Source: a virus
DNA length: 64,000 nt
Strand: one strand, 5' to 3'
Virus record (IMG/VR): IMGVR_UViG_3300025534_000007
Span: 5,657 to 69,656 of that record
Shown: positions 46,703 through 53,658 of the stretch, piece by piece
Numbering within the stretch: position 1 is the first letter of the stretch
How the letters are laid out: each line of letters begins with the position of its first letter
Translations under genes and position numbers: made by a program
Notes under the pieces: generated by a model
What the model was told of the DNA's origin: nothing
The model's database searches: none
Seen by the model: only the letters and a program-made list of their open reading frames with translations

Positions 46703-47284
46703 TTGGCAGGCATGGCACATATCATCATGGGGATGGATCTGTCCGACAACCCATTCGTGCAGGCGACCAACCCCTTCGTCGACAAGGACATGCAGATCGT
46801 GGCCTCCGAGGCGAAGGCTGCGATGGAGCGTGCCAGCAAGAATGGTCGCAAGCTCCGACCGGACGGAACCCCCTACTCCAGCGACCCGTCCATCCGCATG
46901 CGCCAGCTTCACGAGGACGGCCGCGCCGGACCAGCGTTCGGCCATCTCGGCGGAGCGCGACGCAAGGCAGACCGCCGCGCTACCGAGGTCGTCGCCGAAG
47001 CCGCACGCGAGCACGCCGAGAAGATCCGCGACGTCCTGATCGACGGGCTCGACGAGGACCGTCCCTACACCGTGCGGATGAAGTCCGCTCTTGAGCTGCT
47101 CAAGATCGACCAGCAGGACGCCGCCCAGCAGCTCGAACGTGAGAAGGCCGAGTTCGAAGCCATGAACAAGGCCCAGCTCGTCGACAACATCATGCGGATG
47201 CTCAACGATCTCCAGCGCGCTGGTCAGATCACAGCCGAGATCGAGGAGTACGCTGACGCACAGGTGGTCGATGACGACGCTTGA
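46703..47284 (+). CDS. putative terminase small subunit (start uncertain)
   Basis: Helical 193-aa ORF overlapping the start of terminase large; assigned by synteny. Confidence 0.55.
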   Translation: MAGMAHIIMGMDLSDNPFVQATNPFVDKDMQIVASEAKAAMERASKNGRKLRPDGTPYSSDPSIRMRQLHEDGRAGPAFGHLGGARRKADRRATEVVAEAAREHAEKIRDVLIDGLDEDRPYTVRMKSALELLKIDQQDAAQQLEREKAEFEAMNKAQLVDNIMRMLNDLQRAGQITAEIEEYADAQVVDDDA

Positions 47285-49112
47285 TCTCACGAAGATCGAT
47301 CCGAAGACCCTCCTCGGGGCCAGCAAGACCGACCTCATCAAGCTCGCCACCGAGCTGTCCGAGCTGAAGGCGCGCGCCGGACAGATCGGTCCGCAGACCC
47401 CTGACGAGCTTCACGAGTACATCCATAAGAACTATGGAATCTGGGTCCCGCGCAAAGCCGTGACGCCGGGACACTGCGCGCCTTTCGACTTCCTTGCAGA
47501 CGCATACTTTCAGAAGGAGACCAGCCAGCTCGTCATCGCGTGCCGGGAGGGTTCGAAGACCTTTACGGTCGGCCTCCTCCAGGTGCTCTTTGCCCGCTTC
47601 TTCCCTGGCTACGAAGGGCTCACCGCAGGCGCGATCGAGTACCAGACCGTCCGCGCTTACCAGGCCATCAGGAAGCTCAACAACATCTTCGGCAAGGACC
47701 AGGTCGAGGACTCCCAGCAGAGCCGGACCATCTGGAAGAACGGTTCCACGGTCGAGATCCTCACGATGACCTACGAGGCGATGAACGGACCGCACACGTG
47801 GTTCCTTCATCGCGACGAGATTGAGCTTGCTCGACGCAACGCCTTCGACGAGGCCGACAGCATCACCCGGTCAGGCGTCACCAAGGACGGGCGCTCTTTC
47901 CGCGCACACGACGTCCTGACCTCCACGCGCAAGCTCGCCCGAGGCAAGGTCCAGGAGCTGCTCGACCAGTGCGAGGAGGCCGAGCGCGCCGGTCGCAAGC
48001 CGCCTTACAAGGTCTACAAGTGGGGTGTTGCCGAGACGGTTCAGAACCAGCCCAACTGCCGCTATCACGCGCCGCCGGGGACCCCCGAGGACAAGCTGTG
48101 CCCCTGCAACCAGTACGTCAACGGCTTCATCGGCGACCCGAAGAACGGTATCCCGCGCACGTTGGAGGCCGTCTGCGGCGGGCGCTTCGGCAAGTCGGAT
48201 GGCTGGCGGCCGCTTGAAGACATCGCCGGGAAGTTCATGAAGACGAGTCAGGCGATGTGGGATGCGCAGTACGAGTGCAAGAAGCCCGCGTCCGAGGGCC
48301 TCATCCTCGTCAACTACGACGAAGCCATCAACGGCATCCGCAACTACATCCCTGACCCCGCGAACGGACGCATCTTCAACTCCAACGACTTCGGCGGCGC
48401 CAACCCGTTCGCATCGCACTGGTACCAGCTCCTTGATCGCGACGTCGAGGTCCGCAGCTTCGCCAACGAGCCCAAGGTCCTGCCGAAGGGCTCGCTCGTC
48501 TGCTTCGACGAGATTTACCGCGCCGATATCGGCAACAACGAGTTCTTCTCGATGATCGTCGCCAAGGAGCGTCAGTACAAGGAGCTGTTCGGCGACGAAT
48601 GGAAGGTGTTCGAGCGCTACGCTGACATCGCCGGTCGCGCGCAGCGCAAGGACATGCTCAACCACGATCCGCCGCTGCCCACCGTCTGGCGGATCGAGCG
48701 CGACGTCGAGTCGCACATCAACACGATCAACGAGCGCATCGACCAGGGTCTCCTCTACGTCGACGTCGACAAGTGCCCGAAGTGGAACGAGGAGGCCCAG
48801 TTCTGGCAGCGCGACCCGAACACGGGCCGGGAGCTGCAAGTCGCCAACCACGCGATGGCTGCGCTCCGCTACGCCGCCGAAAACATCAAGGCGCTCATCC
48901 AGCTGGAGCGCAAGGCTGGACGACGAAACGACGGCCCAGTGGCCCCCGGCAGCGAGCACGTCGCCGAACTCAGCCGTGTGCCCGTCACTGGACCGGCGCG
49001 AAGCGCCATTACTGAACTGCCGCACGACATCCCCATCCACCGCCAGCCGGTTCGCCCCGGCGACGGCCCGCACGCCGGGCGCAGACATATCATAATGGAC
49101 GATATATGGTAG
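47271..49112 (+). CDS. terL: terminase large subunit
   Basis: ACREGSKT (Walker A-like), NGSTVEIL, NGPH...HRDEIE (Walker B), NDFGGANPF, YADIAG, NHAMAALRYA; precedes the portal. Confidence 0.85.
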   Translation: MTTLDLTKIDPKTLLGASKTDLIKLATELSELKARAGQIGPQTPDELHEYIHKNYGIWVPRKAVTPGHCAPFDFLADAYFQKETSQLVIACREGSKTFTVGLLQVLFARFFPGYEGLTAGAIEYQTVRAYQAIRKLNNIFGKDQVEDSQQSRTIWKNGSTVEILTMTYEAMNGPHTWFLHRDEIELARRNAFDEADSITRSGVTKDGRSFRAHDVLTSTRKLARGKVQELLDQCEEAERAGRKPPYKVYKWGVAETVQNQPNCRYHAPPGTPEDKLCPCNQYVNGFIGDPKNGIPRTLEAVCGGRFGKSDGWRPLEDIAGKFMKTSQAMWDAQYECKKPASEGLILVNYDEAINGIRNYIPDPANGRIFNSNDFGGANPFASHWYQLLDRDVEVRSFANEPKVLPKGSLVCFDEIYRADIGNNEFFSMIVAKERQYKELFGDEWKVFERYADIAGRAQRKDMLNHDPPLPTVWRIERDVESHINTINERIDQGLLYVDVDKCPKWNEEAQFWQRDPNTGRELQVANHAMAALRYAAENIKALIQLERKAGRRNDGPVAPGSEHVAELSRVPVTGPARSAITELPHDIPIHRQPVRPGDGPHAGRRHIIMDDIW

Positions 49113-51586
49113 AGCTGGTCGACAATCCGTTCGCGCACATCAACCTCGCGCAAGACCCGACCAAGGACCCCTCCAAGGTCACGCAGGCGCTCCAGCGCTC
49201 GGCGAAGGGCAAGGACACCGCGCCGACGGCTCAGGAGGCGACCACCGCACTCCCGCAGGCCACGCTCAACCGCGCCACCGGGCAGTTTGACGTCACGCGC
49301 ATCCCGCTGTCGATGCTGCGCCAGATGCAGCGCGACCCGATACTCGCGTTCGCTCTCTTCTACATCCGCGCGCAGAACCTCCGCGCACGCTGGCACATCG
49401 AGTCCTCCGACCCGCAGGTCGCTGGCTTCATTGACCGAGCGCTGCGTGAGATCTACCCGAGCATCATCAACAACTACATCCTCAAGCTCGTCTATGGATT
49501 CCAGGCGTGCGTCAAGCGCTTTACGACCGGCGAGGTGATCGACTGGACCTACATCCATCCAGAGACCGGTGAGGAGACCCGCGTCTGGGACGAGGGCAAC
49601 ATCAACGCCATCATCTGGAAGCCGTTCATCGGACTGCCGCCCGAGGCCGTCGAGCCTGTCTGGAACTCCAGCGGCGAGTTCGACGGCATCAAGTACACCC
49701 CGGCCAACGCATCCTACGCTTCGGCAGGCATCACCCGGTCCGGAGAGGAGCGCACGTTCGACGTTTTCCACTCCCTGTGGTTCGTCAACGAGCGCGAATC
49801 CGTGCACAATTCCATCTGGGGATACCCGCGTCTGGGCTATGCCTACCGCTACTGGTGGTCCTTCTGGTTTGCCTGGGGCCTGGCCGACCGCCACTTCGAG
49901 GTCGACGCCGACCCGCCCGTCATCACCCGCTTCCCCACCGAGGACGACGGCAGCGGCATGAAGAACAGCCAGCGCGCGCTCGCGATCGGTGCACAGCTTC
50001 GCTCCGGCTCCACGATCGCGCTCCCGTCCGACCCCTACACCGACTCTTTCGACGGCAGGACCGTCAACATCCAGAAGTGGGACATCGACGTCCTGAAGTC
50101 CAGCGGCAACTTCCAGGCGTTCCACGATCGCTTCGAGCAGCTCATCGCCCTCATGCTGCGCGCCATGATGATCCCGCCGGAGGCGTTCGAGGCGCGCGGC
50201 GGGTCGGCTGGATACAACTCCACCAGCCAGCTCCAGGAAGCCTTCGTCATGTCCCAGATCGTGCTCATGCAAGAGCTTGACTGGGACCTCAACCGCTACG
50301 TCATCCCGCAGCTCGTGATGGCGAACTTCTCCGATCGCAAGGCCACTGCCCGCAAGGTCACGCGCGGCTTCGACGTCGAGGACATCGAGTTCGCCAAGCT
50401 CCTGCTCCAAGGCAAGGCCAACTCAGCCAGCGGTGACCTCCCCATTGACTACGGCGCCCTGCTTGAATCCGTCGGCATCCCGCGTCTGTCGGCTGACGCG
50501 CTGGCCGAAGCCAATGCCCGCATCGAGCAGCAGGCCCGCGAGGCGCGCCCCGAGCCCCAGCAGGCCGCCCCAGGCCGCGCAGGCGTCAACGAGAACGGCC
50601 TCTACTACGCACCGCGCGACACGATCCATCTCGACACGATCCAGATGGAGGCCGAGAAGGCGTTCTTCAACGAGCTGACCCAGGTCGGCCCGCTCAAGGA
50701 CCCCGAGATCATGGTCTACGCACGCCAGCTCCGCCAGATCTGGAACGAGGCCCTGAACTTCGACTACAGCGTCGCAGCTACGCTCCTCCAGGACTACGGC
50801 GATAACCTCGATCTCGACGAGACCTTCTTCGAGCGCTTCATGCGCCGCGTCAAGAACCGCGCGCAGGACCTCGCCTTCCGATCGCGCCGCGTGCTGGAGC
50901 AGATTATGCGACGCGCCTCTAACGTCGAGCTGGAGCGCGCCGGTCTGCGTCAGGACTACTTCTGGGACCCGGTCGGCAACGATGACGCCTCGCGCTACCT
51001 CCAGGAGCGCGCCAACATCATGGTCTCCGATATCTCCGAGACCACGCGCGACGAAATCCGCGCCTTCCTGCGCGATCAGGTCGCCAAGGGCACGCCGATC
51101 CAAGACCTCCCCGGCCTGCTTCGAGCGCACTTCGACATGGTCAGCCAGTGGCGCGCCGATCGCGTCGTCCGCACAGAGATCGGCAAGGCGTACAACATGG
51201 CTACCCTCTTCGCCGCGCAGGACGCAGGGGTCGATCAGGTCCAGGCGATCGACGCGCAGCTCGGGCCCCAGCGCAGCGACCCCGAGTGCATCCGCCGCAA
51301 CGGGCGCCTCTTCACGGTCAACGAGGCGTTCGCCGAGACGTTGAAGGAGCACCCCTACGGCACGCTCCAGTGGCGCATCCCGCGCAAGCGCATCGCGATC
51401 ACGAAGCTCTCGCAGCGCGCCAAGACCAAGGCCACCTACGTCGAGCACGATGACCACGTCGAGGTCAAGCTCTCCGACCGCCTCAGCGAGCAGGAGCGCA
51501 ACATGTACCTCCTGGCGGTCGTCGATCGCATCGAGCTGGACGCCAAGCTCGCCAAGTCCGACGACGAGTTGCGATCGGCTTTCTAA
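49106..51586 (+). CDS. portal protein (DUF935/Mu gp29-like) fused to a MuF-like minor head domain
   Basis: GYPRLGYAYRYWW...LDWDLNRYVIPQLVMANF portal part; RADRVVRTEIGKAYN...CIRRNGRLF...EHPY MuF part; no stop between them. Confidence 0.8.
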   Translation: MVELVDNPFAHINLAQDPTKDPSKVTQALQRSAKGKDTAPTAQEATTALPQATLNRATGQFDVTRIPLSMLRQMQRDPILAFALFYIRAQNLRARWHIESSDPQVAGFIDRALREIYPSIINNYILKLVYGFQACVKRFTTGEVIDWTYIHPETGEETRVWDEGNINAIIWKPFIGLPPEAVEPVWNSSGEFDGIKYTPANASYASAGITRSGEERTFDVFHSLWFVNERESVHNSIWGYPRLGYAYRYWWSFWFAWGLADRHFEVDADPPVITRFPTEDDGSGMKNSQRALAIGAQLRSGSTIALPSDPYTDSFDGRTVNIQKWDIDVLKSSGNFQAFHDRFEQLIALMLRAMMIPPEAFEARGGSAGYNSTSQLQEAFVMSQIVLMQELDWDLNRYVIPQLVMANFSDRKATARKVTRGFDVEDIEFAKLLLQGKANSASGDLPIDYGALLESVGIPRLSADALAEANARIEQQAREARPEPQQAAPGRAGVNENGLYYAPRDTIHLDTIQMEAEKAFFNELTQVGPLKDPEIMVYARQLRQIWNEALNFDYSVAATLLQDYGDNLDLDETFFERFMRRVKNRAQDLAFRSRRVLEQIMRRASNVELERAGLRQDYFWDPVGNDDASRYLQERANIMVSDISETTRDEIRAFLRDQVAKGTPIQDLPGLLRAHFDMVSQWRADRVVRTEIGKAYNMATLFAAQDAGVDQVQAIDAQLGPQRSDPECIRRNGRLFTVNEAFAETLKEHPYGTLQWRIPRKRIAITKLSQRAKTKATYVEHDDHVEVKLSDRLSEQERNMYLLAVVDRIELDAKLAKSDDELRSAF

Positions 51587-51661
51587 GCTGCTATCATTAT
51601 AGCTGCGCACTGAACCTCCACACAGTGACATCCCCGCAACATCGGCTTGCTTCTGGTCTGA

Positions 51662-51699
51662 GAAGCCCCGGTTATGGTCCACTCCATAGCCGGGGCTTC
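51662..51699 (+). terminator. 16-bp hairpin
   Basis: GAAGCCCCGGTTATGG/CCATAGCCGGGGCTTC, one U-G pair on +. Confidence 0.6.
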
Positions 51700-51820
51700 G
51701 CCGCTTCATGGGCCGTCGCCTTCTGCTATCATCACAGGCGTAGCTCAGGGACAGGCGCCCGGTGGAGAGCAAATCCCCTCTCGTCCATCACCGTCTCTCC
51801 ACCGGGCGCACTGACGCGAC

Positions 51821-52384
51821 ATGTACACAACCGGGGTTCTTCGCTTCGACTACCAGATCGCCGCTGTCGCACACACGCGCGGCATCGTGCTCAACATCGG
51901 CGCTAACGAGGACCCGGCCGGTCTTCGCGCCCGCTTCGGCAGCCGGGTTATCAACTGCGATCTGGAGCTGTGGGACGCGATCATGGAGCGCCCGAACGTC
52001 GTCGACCGCGTCTTCGACTGCACCGAGTTCCCTTGGCCCTTCGACGACGACTACGCCGAGCTGGTCGTCCTCGGCGACATCCTGGAGCATTTCCCCTACG
52101 ACACCATCGTCGCCGTGCTCAGAGAGGCGCGGCGAGTCGGCCGCTCGATCTGCGTCACCGCGCCCCAGGACCCGACCGCCGACCCCGAGCTGTACCGGCC
52201 TGGCCGCTACAACCGTCACGTCACCTATGTGACGCACGAGCTGCTCATGCAGGCGTTCGCCGATAGCGGCTGGACGCCCTACCACTCGATCACCGCAGAC
52301 TGGGGCACGAACCCGCCCATGAAGGGCTTCTGCATGATGGGGCAGCGCGAGCCTGAGTCCGTCGGAAGCGTCATCACGAAGTAG
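51821..52384 (+). CDS. class I SAM-dependent methyltransferase-like protein
   Basis: VLNIGAN, INCDL, PWPFDDDYAELVVLGDILEH...VLREARRV. Confidence 0.8.
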   Translation: MYTTGVLRFDYQIAAVAHTRGIVLNIGANEDPAGLRARFGSRVINCDLELWDAIMERPNVVDRVFDCTEFPWPFDDDYAELVVLGDILEHFPYDTIVAVLREARRVGRSICVTAPQDPTADPELYRPGRYNRHVTYVTHELLMQAFADSGWTPYHSITADWGTNPPMKGFCMMGQREPESVGSVITK

Positions 52385-52400
52385 CGGGAGGGAATGGCTG

Positions 52401-52547
52401 ATGGCTGTCGAGGACGAGGGTGCGCAGGATGTGTGCGAGGGCATGAAGGTCTGGACCTGCAAGAGCGCGGAGGCGGTGGAGCGGTCGGGGCTGGGCCTGA
52501 CGTACCGCACCCTCGTGACCGCTTCGAGCCGGGAGCAGGAGCGATGA
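52401..52547 (+). CDS. small hypothetical protein (48 aa)
   Basis: ATG 52401, stop overlaps the next ATG (ATGA); below the ORF-track cutoff. Confidence 0.4.
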   Translation: MAVEDEGAQDVCEGMKVWTCKSAEAVERSGLGLTYRTLVTASSREQER

Positions 52548-52771
52548 CGGTGCTCGGCCGCTGCGCCACATGGGGCTGTGGGTTCTCGGCGGTGCGCCGG
52601 ATCGAGTGGAAGGAGGGCGGCGGGGTCTTCTGCGAGGGGTGCGCGGACGTCCTCGTGCGGGCCGGAGACACCGATGTCACGTTCCGCGAGTCGCTGGACG
52701 ATGACATCGCTGCTTTGACCGAGGAGCGGGACGAAAAGTCCCCGAGCTGCGTCTCAGAGGAGGATCGATGA
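52544..52771 (+). CDS. small Cys-containing protein
   Basis: GGAGCAGGAG upstream; CATWGC...CEGC. Confidence 0.5.
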   Translation: MTVLGRCATWGCGFSAVRRIEWKEGGGVFCEGCADVLVRAGDTDVTFRESLDDDIAALTEERDEKSPSCVSEEDR

Positions 52772-52956
52772 CCCCGGCGTGGGATTGCTGCTGCGAGGAG
52801 TGCGGGCAGACCTGGAGAGACGTCTTCCCCGAGGATGAGGAGGGCGTGATGTGCCCGTTCTGCGACAGCGAGGACATCGACGCCGTGCGAGTCGATGCGG
52901 ACAACCAAGCACGACAAGGAGGCGTGATGGACGAGGAGCGGAACGATGGCCGTTGA
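52768..52956 (+). CDS. zinc-ribbon microprotein
   Basis: CEECG...CPFCDS; GAGGAGG RBS. Confidence 0.6.
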   Translation: MTPAWDCCCEECGQTWRDVFPEDEEGVMCPFCDSEDIDAVRVDADNQARQGGVMDEERNDGR

Positions 52957-53317
52957 GCGCACCTTCCACTGCGACGGCCCCGACTGCGAACGACACGTCC
53001 GCACGCGCCAGGAGTCGCCGCCCTTGTTCCTCACGGTCACCAGGGATGTCGATCCGGACCTGCACTTCTGCGGCTGGGACTGCGTGCTGCGCTACGCCGG
53101 CCAGATCGAGCCGGTCATGCCCGAGGAGGTCCACACGGCGCACTTCTACGGCGGGCCGTGGGACGGCGAGGTCAAGGATCTACGGCCGTTCGTGTCGACC
53201 GTTCTCGTGCCGCAAGGCACGATGGGCGTCTACCGCCACGCCTACGCGATGGGCTCAAGCAATCCGGCCGAGTGTCGCGATCACGTCTTCCGCTACGCCG
53301 GGGAGCGAGAGCGATGA
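52946..53317 (+). CDS. zinc-binding hypothetical protein
   Basis: CDGPDC...HFCGWDC; GAGGAG RBS. Confidence 0.6.
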   Translation: MAVERTFHCDGPDCERHVRTRQESPPLFLTVTRDVDPDLHFCGWDCVLRYAGQIEPVMPEEVHTAHFYGGPWDGEVKDLRPFVSTVLVPQGTMGVYRHAYAMGSSNPAECRDHVFRYAGERER

Positions 53318-53409
53318 GTGCCCCCAAGAGCGACCACGCCGCGCGGTGCGTGTGCGGGTGCGGCTGCTTGCTTCGCGCGGCCGAGCACTAGACGCCAGTT
53401 ACTCCGTCG

Positions 53410-53423
53410 CCTATCATCATAGG
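53410..53423. promoter_or_regulatory. palindromic motif CCTATCATCATAGG
   Basis: CCTATCATCATAGGTATG is identical to 1797-1814; ATG at 53425. Confidence 0.7.
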
Positions 53424-53424
53424 T

Positions 53425-53658
53425 ATGACTACGTCGACTGCGGTGGGCCTGCGCAAGTCGTCCTATCGGCAGAAGTGGCGCAAGGGGCTCGCTGATCCCA
53501 AGTCCTTTCCGGCCTTCGGCCAGAGAGTCAAGACCGATCACGAGGTCTTGCAGTGGCTCGAAGGCATCATCTGGTCTGGCGGCATCCTCACCCCCTTCGA
53601 AAAGCGCATGTACCGCGAGCTGTCGGCCAAGCTCGGTCGGCCGGAGATCGCCACATGA
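53425..53658 (+). CDS. small hypothetical protein, probably leaderless
   Basis: ATG 7 nt after TATCAT, no RBS; coupled to the glycosyltransferase. Confidence 0.6.
   Translation: MTTSTAVGLRKSSYRQKWRKGLADPKSFPAFGQRVKTDHEVLQWLEGIIWSGGILTPFEKRMYRELSAKLGRPEIAT

Noticed and set aside
48402-48410. TerL NPF as part of the NPF tail code
   Set aside because: It falls in the conserved DFGxxNPF nuclease motif inside a folded domain; likewise the tape-measure and minor-tail copies may be incidental.
51733-51770. tRNA-like start GGCGTAGCTCAG
   Set aside because: No anticodon arm, T-loop (GTTCRA) or acceptor complement follows; no tRNA gene could be supported anywhere in the window.
52394-52543. ORF-track start at 52394 giving one 125-aa protein
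   Set aside because: The first 50 codons read as low-information Gly/Arg; two coupled ORFs (52401 and 52544) fit the overlap pattern better, though this is not certain.
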